Positions 52,201 through 64,000 of a stretch of DNA of 64,000 nucleotides are shown one piece after another. The stretch lies in assembly GCF_003704095.1 (NCBI RefSeq), contig NW_020846109.1, positions 248,001 to 312,000 on the forward strand, in the 5' to 3' direction. The translations under genes and the position numbers were made by a program. The number at the start of each line of letters is the position of its first letter. Position 1 is the stretch's first letter. The notes beneath the pieces are model-generated. The model did no database searches, had not been told where the DNA came from, and saw only the letters and a program-made list of their open reading frames with translations. Source of the DNA: Pocillopora damicornis. Its lineage: Eukaryota.

Positions 52201-55200
52201 GGGAATGAAAGGGTTTAATGGGAAATTTGGAGCCCTGTAAAAATCAATGTGTCCTGGAAAAAAAAGATAAAGCTGTACCCTCCTTATATGTTAGTTATGA
52301 GGAGAAATAAATGCTGAAGTCTTTTTTATTTAGTGTTGCCCAATTCTATATATGCTAGAGATTTTTCTTCCGTCATTCTAGAACTACATTCCATTCTGCA
52401 TTTGTAAACACTTCAATTCCATATAACTGTTGTTTGATCACTTCTCCTTCAGGCATGATAATGTTTAATTTTTCTTACTTATTAATTGTAGAGAACAAGA
52501 AAATCTTGCTGCAGATCTGAGAAAACAAATGGAAGAACTTAAACTTAGAGATGAAGAGGTATAGTTTGTAAACTGAACTCTTTGTCATATTTTCAGTCTA
52601 GTGTGGGTAGCCATCCTACAGTTTTTTTCTTTCTGAGGAAGGGGGGAAGATTTTTCCTTGAAGACTTCTAAAGACAACATGGAAACCTTTCAAAAACCCT
52701 GACCAGCCATGCAGTTTACTTCGAGCAAAATCATCCCTTTAGATGAATGACTGATGCATACAGATTTAAACTGACCTTTTTTTCCTCGACTAATTTTACT
52801 TCGAGGAGGTCACTTAGCCAATAAATGTACCTATAAGGCCAAATCAAGCTGATAAACCAAATATTAAAATTACAGCAAGGAGGATTAGATGAAGTACATG
52901 TACTTGTTGCTAAATTAAACCCTTCAGTGGAGAAGAAATACTTTCACCTATTATTACCTAGAAAAAAATATTTGTTCAATTAATCATTGGTCTTTCCTTT
53001 ACCATATGCAAACATCCTATAACAATGTAAATGTTATTGTGTTTATTGGCAGGCTCAAATGCTAAAACAGGAACAAGAGGATTTGCTCAAAGCACAAAGG
53101 AGGCTTGAACAGGCAGTAAGTTTTCATAGTGAGATTGTTTTAATTAGATTGTTTTTATGGAGACTGTTTGGTGTTAAAATCAATAAAGAAATACAGAGAG
53201 TTGAATTTCATGGTCAGATTTTTTGGCTGTTTACTTTGTCCATTTTACCAGCCCCCAGTTCATGTGGTTGATTGAGGATTGTGTANNNNNNNNNNNNNNN
53301 NNNNNNNNNNNNNNNNNNNNNNNNNNNNNNNNNNNNNNNNNNNNNNNNNNNNNNNNNNNNNNNNNNNNNNNNNNNNNNNNNNNNNCATGAACATGAATTT
53401 CTAGACCCTGTGTGTAATTCAAATATGTGACCCTTGGTTTTTGCAGGAGCTGGATTTGAAGATTTTAGAAGCATTGGCCAAGAAGGTAGACATCTTTTTT
53501 TTATCAAAGTGGCTTTTTTAATGAAATAGATTTCAGTTAGTATAATTTATTTTTATTGACCAGAAATCAGAAGGTAAGACTCATTTAATAAACCTTGCAA
53601 GTGGAGAGCTAATTTTTTTCATCTCAATTCTTGTAACAACAGGAAGATCAAGACAAAATAGTTGAGACTTCAAGACGAGAGAAAGCCAGAGCTGATGCAG
53701 AATACATGAGACAGGTAATGGATCTTCAAATTTATTTCAAATGTTTTCCATGTGCAGAAGTTTGAGATACATGTGTCTATATTGTTTCTTTTAAAGGTTG
53801 TTGAACAACAACTTAAGCTTGAACAACAAAGGGAGGCTGAGTTGGACATGCTCTACAGGTAATGATAACAATCTCACATGTAGCCATTGTTTGAATCATT
53901 GGCTTGCCCTGATATAAAGTTCATAAAAGCTGTGAGAAGGTTTGAAGACTAATCCTGGATTGGGATGGATTTCTTTAACTTTTCTTTGTGGTGGAGGTTG
54001 ATCCAGCCAACTTCCATCACTCTATCAACCCATCATTAGTAAAAAGAAAACATCCTTTATGAAGTTTACACACTAGTCTCTGATTGTGGACATTACTGTC
54101 CAATTTTTGACACTAGAGTCCGAAGTTAGACATTTGTATAGGATTTAAGACACAAGTGTCTGATTTTAGACAATACTGTCCAATGTTAGAAACTAGTGAC
54201 CAATTTAGACATTTATGTCCGAGTTTAGACACTAGTGTCCGATTTTAGACACTAATGTCTGATGTTAGACTCTAGAGTCTGATTTTTAGACACTCAAGTC
54301 TGAAGTTAGACACTAATGTTTAATTTTAGACACCAGTGTCAAATCAATGAATAAGAAAGGAAAATTTGTTATCAATGGTAATCAATCATTTGATCAGTAC
54401 TTAAACATTTATTCAAGGTTCGTGCACTGGTCTAGTACAGTGCATATGTCTTTTTCTCTTTTTCTATTTAAGAACGTCAACAATTTTGAATCTTTAAAAT
54501 ATTTAAAACCCCAACTTAGATCGGAATTAAGAATTCATTCAAAGTGCAAAGTATTGGACATAATGTCCTGCCCTCCTTGGAGTTGAGTGGATAAAACCTT
54601 TATTGGACCTGACATTGTCCGTTGACCGCCTGTTTTTCCGAGCCCTGATACTTTTCACTATACATTTCGTAAGGTACTGAGAAGGAAAATTAGTTTAATT
54701 ACGAGCCTCTTTAGTTGGTGATCATTTCATTTATATACGTGACCTTAATGTTTGTTTGATTCAGGGGGGATATTGAAAGGAGAAATTAGATGCTAGTCAC
54801 CCTCGGGGATTTAAGGGTTGAAGTATCTTTTATTAATCGTAAATTTGTGATGTGTAGAGATGAAGCAGCGCGAATGTGGACCAAGAGAGAAGCAGAGTGG
54901 GAACGGGAAAGACTGGCCAGAGAGAGATTGATGGCTGAAGTAAGGAAAACACGTTGTTTACATCTGTTTTTAAGACTTCTCCCCAAGGCTACATTTTTTT
55001 GATAACAGCTGGTATTGTCCTCTGCCAGGTTTTAGACGTTCGCAGAAAACAGCTGGATGACAAAATGGAGGAAAATAAACGCCGCCAAGAGGAGTCAATC
55101 GAAAGTCGTGAACAACTGCTGCGAGAATTGGAGGAAGCTCAGAGAATGACAGCAAGAGAGAAGAGTGAAGAGGCAAGACTACGGAGGGAACGAGAAGAAG

Positions 55201-56300
55201 AAATTCAAGCACAGGTTGAAATATGAAAATACACGTTTGTTTTACTCCTTATAATTAACTTCCCACTATTATCTTCATTCACAGAAACCTTCCGTTTTTA
55301 TACCTATTTTCTCCCTCCAACACTGTATTTGTTTTGATCTTTTGAAATTGAACAGATAACTTCACGTAGAGAAAAGGCCAACGAAATGAAACAAATTGAA
55401 AGAGAAGAGCTAGAAAGGGAAAGGTGAGTGTGATAGTCATTAATAAACTATTGACGAGTTTCAATGTTGATGAAACTTTGTTTCCCCGAAACTCATGAAA
55501 GCTGCCTTTTGTTGAAATAGGCAGTTGCCTTTTCGCCAATTTCAAACGCTTTTGTTGTGGTATTTTAAGAAGTTTACTGTGGGTGGAATGTTACGACAAC
55601 AGTTTTGCACACAGCCTCACTGTACGTGTAAATTGCATTTTTTGTACTAGGCGAGAGAAAGAAGCATATGATAGAATGTTGAGACATGAGGCAGATCATA
55701 TGAAAGCGAGAGGACCTCATGCAAGGGTGAGTATAACATGTGCTGTTTCTTAACTACCAGTTGTGCTTACTTTGTGTTACTTCTTACTATTTGTATGTAC
55801 ATTGTCCAACAAATGGGGGATGAGATTTGCTAAACGTATCAACTAGATACAAATTAATGTGACATTTTCACCTGATTGAAGGATGTGTTGAAATTGTCTG
55901 AAAACTATGCCCCGTTTGTGCCGAACTTTACCCCGGTTTCTCTAGCGTGAAGCGATTGCGAATTCTTTTTGCACCCTTGGAGGGTATTCTACTCGATCTT
56001 GTTTTACCCACCCGTCCCTCGATATTTCGTCAGGTCACTTTAACTTTTTGACCCCTAAGGCTGGCTACCATCTAATTTCTCCCTACTATATCCCCCTCGG
56101 ATCACACATCAAGGTCACGAGATTAACGGAAATGATCACCAACTAAAGAAGCTGTTGATTTATAGACAAATTCTCCTTGTCAGCACCTAAGAAAATGTAA
56201 AGAGCACATTATGGAGAATATGCATACTCATGTTAGGGTGTGTTCGTATTTGTTTTTGCATCCGTAGTTTGTTCCAAGAAGGAGAACAGCATTTGAATAG
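49281..56300 (+). CDS. TCHP: Trichoplein keratin filament-binding protein; many short exons (first 49281-49474, last 56268-56300); part is probably hidden in the N gap
   Basis: N-terminus MALPTLQPYW...WDNNARYF...KQRVWGSRESY matches TCHP (MALPTLPSYW). Coiled-coil exons include EQQLKLEQQREAELDML and EAARMWTKREAEWERERLARERLMAEVL. Ends FVPRRRTAFE*. Confidence 0.92.
51987..52282. mobile_element. Degenerate hAT-like MITE in a TCHP intron
   Basis: Starts CAGGGTTTGTAC, carries repeated (GT)CCTGGAAAA motifs and has a decayed GTACCCT right end. Confidence 0.45.
53286..53385. other. Assembly gap (100 N, probably a placeholder size)
   Basis: Run of N inside TCHP. Confidence 0.99.
54068..54343. repeat. 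Minisatellite, ~21-bp unit TTAGACACTAGTGTCCGATT(T), about 13 copies
   Basis: Tandem degenerate copies without unique spacers. Confidence 0.9.
54640..54820 (+). mobile_element. Short MITE of a TTAA/piggyBac-like family, copy 1
   Basis: ...TTAGTTGGTGATCATTTC...GGAGAAATTAGATGCTAGTCAC...AAGGGTT; homologous to 56040-56242 (inverted) and 59445-59593. Confidence 0.75.
55915..56035 (-). mobile_element. SINE 3' fragment
   Basis: Minus strand ...TCGCTTCACGCTAGAGAAACCGGGGTAA; same family as 8835-8996. Confidence 0.5.
56040..56242 (-). mobile_element. Short MITE, copy 2 (inverted relative to copy 1)
   Basis: CATCTAATTTCTCC...GAAATGATCACCAACTAAAGA...GGAGAATATGCATACT is the reverse complement of copies 1 and 3. 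Confidence 0.8.
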
Positions 56301-57176
56301 AATAACTTCCTTCGGATCAAATGGATTGTTACTTCATCTGTCAGAGGTAACAGCGTAAATATGGTTGTAAGGAAGTGTTTTTTAAGTGGTTCGCCGACTT
56401 CTTCACAGTTTGTCTCGCAACAGCTTTTGTCACACAATCATGAAATAGTAACCGCTGAATGAAACAGCATCAAAGACTGGAAAGGGACGCCATAACTATA
56501 AACTGTATCCTGCTGTAATGCTGTCAGGCTTGGGCAGAAATGCATGAGTCAACATTTCATCGAGCAGGACTCAGTATCACGATTAGAAGTGTAAATTTGT
56601 CCAAGTTTTGGTTGATACTAAAATGTGTAAAGGTATTAGTTGTAAATAATAAATAAAGATCAATGTCGCGGGAGATTTCTCTAATGATTCTCTCGGCTCT
56701 TTTTTGTTTTGCTTGTTTATTTCTTTGTTTGTGTAAGGTGGGTTAATTTACGAACAGTTCATCAAAAGCTTCTAATTACGCTACGTTGTTTTAAACGAAA
56801 TCAAGACATCAAGAAAGTTTTTCAAAAACTGTCAATGCGTTTATTTCCTTGTGCAAATGGTACATTTTAAAAAGCCTTTATTTTTAAAGTTTCCTAAACG
56901 TATTCGACAAACGTTTGACCCTCATTCTACAAGCTCTTTAAAACATCTTTTATTTCAGCTTCCTCCATCCGTAGCTACGTAGCATAGGTTCAGAGCCACC
57001 GGTCATAGAAAATTTAAGGTAGCAATTAAAGATTTGGTGTTTCACAACTCCAACATCCACCTTACAAAAATCAGATTAAAAATAAAGCTAGCCGTTTATT
57101 ATCTTCTGTGGATGAAAGCGCTCTAAATTTTGGAAAAACTTGAAACATGTTAGAGCATTCGCACTGTGTAATTCGT

Positions 57177-60100
57177 CTACTGCCAGTGCAGTTGTTTATA
57201 CCGGAAACTGAGTGTGGATCCGTCACCAGGCCTTAGATCATCCACACCCGTAGTGGCCGATTTTTCGTCCACATAGATCATCCAGTAAAATTTATCGACT
57301 GGTCTGCGTTGGACACCACAGATAGACGTCACCGAGTTGCCGTAGGAGGTTTTTTGGGTGGTGAATGCGTAACAAGAATTTTTTTTGGCAGCTTCTTTCA
57401 GGATGTCATAAGCATTAGTGCCATTTGCTACTGTCACGCACTCAGTGGTTGGAGCTGTTTTTCCTTTGGTGTATTTGTTGGTGTTGACGAACTTCAGCTC
57501 AACGCAGACGGTTATATTCTAAGTCAATCAAAGGAAAAACACTCAGTTGTTTTTAATATTCTACAAATGTTTGGTTGCAATTTCAACAGAGTGAGTTATG
57601 ATATGTCACCGTTATTTCAGAGGTGTTAAATTTTAGTTATAAGCGGTCACCATATCACGATAGAGAGGAAGGTGATGGTGGGGACATAACAAAGATAACC
57701 CCTCCTGTCATGCCTCTCTCTGCGACTCAAACTAATAAACACGAAATGAATTTTTTTACCAATCTCACCTGTTGTTCTTGTTGATCTGAAAGGGAAAAAT
57801 TCAATTGCGTTAGAGACTTAAACTTGAGTTATTCACACAACAAAACCCATTTGAATTTAGAGAAGAGAAACCCAGTGCGTTTTATCACTCTTGCCGCACA
57901 AAAGCAAACAAACTTCAGGGGAGATTCCACTGGGAAGGAGAACAGGTGTAACTGCAGGTGGACAGAAGGCTAACGCGTCTGCACTTACAGCGGATTTGCT
58001 AAAGGTCGGTATGTAGGGTATAAAAGGTCACAACTTTTCCTGTAAAACACAGCTGTCAGTTACCTGATACGTCTGTAGTTCTGAGACACGCTATGTTTTT
58101 GACATCGTGGGGCAGCGCTCCGATCAAGGCTGGTGTGACATAAAGTGTGCTCAACAAGTTAATGAAGGATCCATCGGGTTTTTGACGAGACACGAGCCAG
58201 CGTAAAGTCGTCGAACACCTTTTTGTCTTCCATCCGGCTGCTAAAAGAGCCTAGACATGAAGAAATGTGATCAGTGTAAAAATTCACCCTACATATACAG
58301 TATGTTATGGAGCTGATTGATAGGTAGTGTGAAAAATAATCAATTGTCATTTGCGATCCAGGTTTGTCTTCTCATTCCTTAACATCTCGGTTCCCTGTTA
58401 ATTTATTCCAGTTTTGCGTTTTCAGAGCTTGAAGAAAATACATATTCAGTAAGACTCAAGCAGCTCAAGGGCAATTCTCTTCGACGCTCAAACTTCTTGG
58501 AATTTCGTGACTTAGCCCCTTCAAATCACAGAATATGAATTGTGTGACAAAACAAAAGACAATTGGCGTGATAGAGAATTAGAAACGTACTTGAGAGGCA
58601 AGAGCTGCCGTGACTTCGTTTTCCCCAAACGTGCTATCATTGATTTGAGCCTTAACCAACTTTCTACACCCCAAATTAACAGCTTTTTGGATCTTCTTTT
58701 CAAGTGCCTTCTTTTTCTGCCCTTTTATGGACTTCTTGATACAGGTTAACGCCATTATTTGCATTGCAAGCGTGTCGGCATGGTAACTGGCAGTGTGAGA
58801 TTCATTTTCTACTTTCTTCAGGATTTCGTTCACATGGCCAAGCGTCTTCCTCTCTAGAGGTGCGTTGCTGCTACAGAGAGCCATAACAGCTAGGCTGTAC
58901 TGAAAAGGGTGATTAAAACCCAACTGAGGGAACTTGGTTAGTTTGTCTTTCAGACTTTTTATCAAATTGAAATCATAAAAGTTGCTGGGGTCTTTGCACG
59001 TAGCCAACGCGCCGAGAATATACAATGCTACCCTACCCCCGGTCAGGGAACCAATGTCAGCTTTAATGATCTCCGCATTCAGATGCTCAGCACCAGTCTC
59101 CACAGAGTGACCAGTAAGACGCAGAGAGTTGAACGCAAACGCACTCACGTGACCCAATCCGTAAGTGCCATTTTCGTCTTGTTCATTCCTTAACCATTCG
59201 GCAGCTCTGACGGCCGCGCGCGTGATGCTTGTTCGCAGGAGTCTGGTACCTGAAACGCGTCAAGTGTCAATAATGAGCTACAGCTTAGAAATGAGGCTAT
59301 ATATCACGATCGACTGATTTCTGCGCTGTTAGAAAAAAGTCGCTTCTAATACTTCGAACACTGAGCACTATGACTTATGGTCACTCAGAACTAAACTGGG
59401 CAAAATTGATTTGAAAAACAAGCTGTGATGGAGTCTACCGTAAGCCTTTACACCGTAATTTCATTATGCATATTCTCCATACTGTTCATTATACATTTCC
59501 TAACATGCTCACAGGGAGAATTTGTTTACTGATCCAAAGTGATATCGTAAGGAAAAATTAGATGCTGGTCATTCTTAGGATTTAAAAGGTAAAGCGTGTT
59601 TAAGAAATCCATAAGGGGATAACTAACAATATGTTGAGTTGTGGTTACTGAAAATTAAGCTAATTGAAAGGTAACCTGCCAGAGTAAACTAACACCAACT
59701 GAGGCGCGAGAAAGAAAGCTGTAACGCAACTCTTATCCGTGACAGAGAAAGAATATTAATTATGTTATAAAGACAATGGACAAATTCTTTGTTTTACATA
59801 TAATGGGTTTAACAGCCCAACTTCACGCTTAGTATAATCAGTTCAGAGTCTATTTTTCCCTTTTTTTAATTTGTGTTTGTCTGTCAATTTATTTTTTTTT
59901 ATCTTTCGGTTTCGCTTTCAAGTGATTTTATTCTCCTCATTTTTGGCAGAATGGGAGAACAAAGGTTACTACCACACGCAGAGATGGAAAATAACTAGAA
60001 AAGTCATATTGAGATTTAGCTAACAAAATTTCTTTTGTACATGGTAAGAAAACTGCATCCCAGCTATCAACATCCAGGGAAAGAGAGTTTGAAGACGAGC

Positions 60101-60689
60101 TCCTTTAGTCGCTCGCCTCAACAAAATCAGCCGATTGAAAGCACTGTGACTGTGAGGAAGTTAATACCCAAGAGCGCAAAAAATTAATTACACATTTTTT
60201 TAGCATTATGATTCAGCGAATAGTTGGTGGGCAATAGGAATAACTCACTGAACTGCTCTTCTGTTTGTACGACTTCGTCTCCGGGCATATTAAGACTCTA
60301 GGGAAGAGAAATCTAATTTTCCTCTCGAACAACATGTCTTGAGCTGCAGGGGACACAAAGAGGCATTCTAAAATACTCAGATCTTCCGTTATCCTTAATT
60401 TAGGTCTGCGTATCGCGTAACCAAAGTTAATAGACCGTATGATGTTTAGCTGTTAGGCCCAAAGAGCGGAGAAAGGTTGGAAAAGTTCATTGCCTTGAAA
60501 ATTGCACACGTCAGATGTGATGAAATATGCTGAGTTTAGCATTAATGTTATTTAGCATGTATTTCTATGTTTTACTCAAATGATTTGTGGAAGAACAGTA
60601 ACCCATATCTTACCGCAATATCCTGTGGCTTGAGAGAAAAGGGCAACAATCGCCAAGAGCGTTAATAGTTGGAAGTTCATGGCGGACAT
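57177..60689 (-). CDS. Secreted cobalamin-binding protein (transcobalamin/intrinsic factor/haptocorrin family); exons 60689(or 60680)-60614, 59249-58591, 58250-58064, 57785-57769, 57518-57177
   Basis: Signal peptide MNFQLLTLLAIVALFSQATG. Alpha domain with GRVALYILG, FQYSLAVMALC, DTLAMQIMALTC, TFG.NEVTAALASQAL and QKPDGSF. Beta domain with YGNSVTSICGV...YWMIY...TGVDD.RPGDG..LSFRY. Splice phases are consistent. Confidence 0.92.
59445..59593 (+). mobile_element. Short MITE, copy 3 (internally deleted)
   Basis: ATGCATATTCTCCATACTGTT...GAGAATTTGTTT...AAATTAGATGCTGGTCA. Confidence 0.75.
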
Positions 60690-61734
60690 TCGCCTTCAAA
60701 AGTTCAGGTTCTAGATTCGGGAGCAGCGACGAAAGGAAATGTTATGTGACAGAGGAAATTCTGAGGTTAATCCTTTAATATCACATTACCAGTGAGTTCC
60801 AGACCCCAGCAACATCAGGCGCACATCAGTACCAGGCAAACGTCCGCCTTGGCGCCAAAAAAAGTAACATTTGACGGGTACTGAAAATTGAATACAGAAA
60901 AAGCCTGATTCCTTTTGCACCGATTACAAAACATGGGGAGAAATTTCTGCAATCGTCCTTGAAAACTGTATTTTAGACAATAGTTATGTCATGCCTTCTT
61001 ATAGATTACATGAATATTTTCTGCACCCCTAAAAAGTTAAGTGAAAATGTTTGATAGACTTCTTCATGATTAAAATGTTCTGGAGAATATCTTCCACTCG
61101 TTTTATGAGATAACATGTTTATGCTGCCATAGTACGTTATATCAGTGCTTAGACAACTTGTCTGGATTGTTGCGTACATACGGTCGAACTCCTCACAGCT
61201 CAGTGGGTAGAGCATCATGACAACCTCATAGGCTCCAAACGCGAGCTCAGGAAACTAGTCTGTTGATTTTTTGTGTTTTTGTTGTAAATCGGAAACTTAA
61301 TAATAAATTACCAAGTTCAGCGTATGTTTGTTTGTTTTTGTAAAAGTTACTTGAAAATGGCTAATTCTTAGCAAAACGTTACAAAAGTCACAGACTTCAA
61401 CCTAACGTGTGGAAATCTGTAAATAGAGTCTGAATTTCTTTTCTCGTCGTATGGGGGTACACTTATGCCGCTTGAGTTGATCTCGGAACTACTCAATAGT
61501 CAGGGGAACTGATCTTCGTGTTTTTACTTTCAATAATGTCTTTTGATTTTATTTTGTACATTTGTCTGTTTTGCTATTTTATACTTTTTCGGTAATATTT
61601 AATTCATCTCTTTTACTTGTATTCCGATGTGAAAAGAATATTTTGTTTGCCTCAGTGAGCTTTTTGTTTAGGAATTCGTACTTAAATCAGATGTATTCTG
61701 TCATCATTATTTAATACAAGATCTTGCGACTGAG

Positions 61735-62515
61735 TAGCACGTGAAATGCCTTTATTTCTTCAGGGGCGTTTCTGATGCGCTCCAAAAGGCGTGCTAACAA
61801 CACAGGCGTCGTAATTGTGACGTACTCATCAGTGATTGGTTTGTTCTCTCATTCCATATTCATGACAAACAGGTCAAGGACGAGAGAGGACGTGTTACTC
61901 CGAGGTCTCTGTGTTTGTGCCAAGAAAATGCAGTCTGCTTGAAAGTTTTCTGAAGGTAAGCATCACTGTTAGTAAACAGCTGAAATAATCTTGTCGTTAT
62001 TTCTGTGCAGGGTAATTAACTAATCGAGCAAGGGAAAAATAACGTGCTTTTGGTTTGCTTCTTGCTTCGCCTTCGACTCGCACAAATTTCGTTCATCATG
62101 CCTGTAGAGTACAATTACTGCCTTCGTCAAGGTTTCGAGAGAAATAACCTACCGTAATTTAAGTTTCGAGTTGTTGATTCGAGAAAAAAGCGATGACCAC
62201 GAAGGAAAATGAAGTGCAAGTATTTCGAAGCCACGTGCACTTCATCTCTTGTCGGTTGCTCTCCTAAATGCGCTGAGGAAATGCAGCAAAAACCTTTCAA
62301 AAACACGTATTTGCGACTAAAATTTGTTGAACCCGAATTTTCACTTCTTAATTGTACGTGTTGGTAAAAGTTGTTGGTAAATCAGCCAAACACTAAACAT
62401 CATTTTTCTTATCTCTGCTTACAGGATGACTGAGAGAATGAAGATGACGGCAAAACCAAGAATTCAAGAGGACAACCTGGAATCAATGAATGCAAAAGAA
62501 ACTCTACAAAGATAA
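61735..62515 (+). other. Possible spliced transcript start (promoter motifs, donor at about 61956, acceptor at about 62424, 29-aa ORF)
   Basis: CACGTG, TGACGT and ATTGG motifs; AAG|GTAAGC donor; tctctgcttacag acceptor followed by MTERMKMTAKPRIQEDNLESMNAKETLQR*. Confidence 0.3.
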
Positions 62516-64000
62516 GAACTTTAAAGTTTATTACATTGTTCTAGTATGAAAATGGTGGCTGCCTATATTTCTACATTTTCTTGCGAACCTAAGCTGATGT
62601 AAGTTGGAGTAGAAGAAGGTGAGATGGCAGCCACCATTAAAGTTGAATATTTTAAGGCGGCACTGTAAGGCAAATGGCTTTCAAAAGAAAAAAAAACTGA
62701 AAATAAAAAAAAAATTGAAAATAAAAACAAACTTGGGTTCTCTTGTTGTAAAACTAGAACTAAGAAGCAAAATAATCGAATTTGTATGGAAACAACTTAT
62801 TGTTCTCGTTTTTTACAACTTTTTATTTGGAAAACTACGATTTCCTAAAGGATAAATCGTCTGCAACTTTGTCAATTCAATAATCAGTGCTGCTTCAGAA
62901 GATTCACATATTTTCTTTGTAGTTTCCTTGCAATGGACTAAAGAACGTTGGCAATATATAATCCTTTGGAAAATTATTCAACCGAGTTTCGTCTGATTGG
63001 CGTAAAAGAATAGCCATATCCTTTTAAGTTTTCATCGTTATGAAACAATTTCACTTTGGTGTTGCTACGTTATCGTTACACTTACCGCCTTCACAATGAC
63101 GAAATGAACGAACAGAACACTTAACATTAAGTTCATTAGAAAAGATGAAGAAGAAGGAAACCTCCTTCTCCAAACCTTTCATGAAACGGAAAGATCACGT
63201 GAATCAGACGTATCATCTTCGAATCCGAAATCACACCAAGTTACGAATATTAAGAGACGAGGGTGACGAGTTTATAAAGTTGACCACACGCTTGAAAATT
63301 TATCCGGCGTAAAATAAAATACCTTGAACGTTTTTTTTCCTTATGAAAAAAAGCTACAAGTACGAGTTTATCAGACGAAAACAAAACTCACTTCGACCTT
63401 CGGAAACAACCGAAACGCGAGCCAGCTCAACTGATACGAGAAATCGTAACGTAAACAGTCAAATGACAGAAAAAATCGACGAACGAGCCATGCCACTGCT
63501 TGACGTTTAAACCATAACACTGCCTTTTTTTTCATGGACTTATATAATTAATTGGACAGCCGCATGTCTATTAACTTGCAACAGACCACGGATGATATCA
63601 AAAACGATTAACAATTATCGACATACTACAAAACTACGTAAACACGACATGACATAACAAATGATGCGAACGGAACCACCTTAATTCATGAATTACAAAT
63701 GAGAAAGACTTGTGATTCTTACAGCCAATTAAGAACAAAAGAACTGTTCTCTGTTACGTTTGCATTGACTGTAAGATAGTGTATTGAGAAAATGAGATTT
63801 CTTTTGAAAACTAATGTCTTCCATAAAATTTATTTGCCTACGTTCTCTTGTCGTTTTGCAAGTTAAGTATATAAATCCTAATTGTCTGGTTCAGAGGATT
63901 ACTAGAATTTTCATGAAAAGGTATCACTTTAGCAGTTCTACAGACCAGTAAAATCTGTCCTGTATACAAAAAAAGCAATACGTCAAACAGTTGGGGGCAT

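Noticed and set aside
53101-53121. GC-AG intron in TCHP (CAG|GCAGTA)
   Set aside because: A canonical in-phase donor, GCA|GTAAGT, lies 3 nt downstream.
54068-54343. CRISPR-like array
   Set aside because: Units are head-to-tail and degenerate with no unique spacers; there are no cas genes and the context is a eukaryotic intron.
58160-58200. Apparent frameshift in exon 3 of the cobalamin-binding gene
   Set aside because: A recount shows five A residues (CAA AAA CCC), so the frame RQKPDGSF is intact.

Overview
AT-rich, intron-containing animal DNA, not prokaryotic. Gene content and repeat families suggest a stony coral, possibly Pocilloporidae; this is an inference from remembered repeat sequences, not a database result. 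Genes assembled by hand from GT-AG exons, left to right: the 5' end of an isocitrate lyase (-), a weakly supported divergent small gene (+), a SEPT2-group septin (-), three tandem MS4A/CD20-like four-TM paralogs with PPxY tails (+), a LIM kinase (+), a tetraspanin with a long C-tail (+), a tRNA-Phe(GAA) gene (-), trichoplein (+) and a transcobalamin/intrinsic-factor-like B12-binding protein (-). Several MITEs, SINE fragments, minisatellites and two N-gaps are also present. The standout is the tRNA-Phe gene. It is otherwise intact but carries a 30-nt insert in the T-loop that folds into a bulge-helix-bulge-like motif. Cleavage by the standard BHB rule (58/59) would restore a canonical tRNA exactly, and the insert also rebuilds the Pol III B-box. 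It is a candidate archaeal-style non-canonical tRNA intron in an animal.
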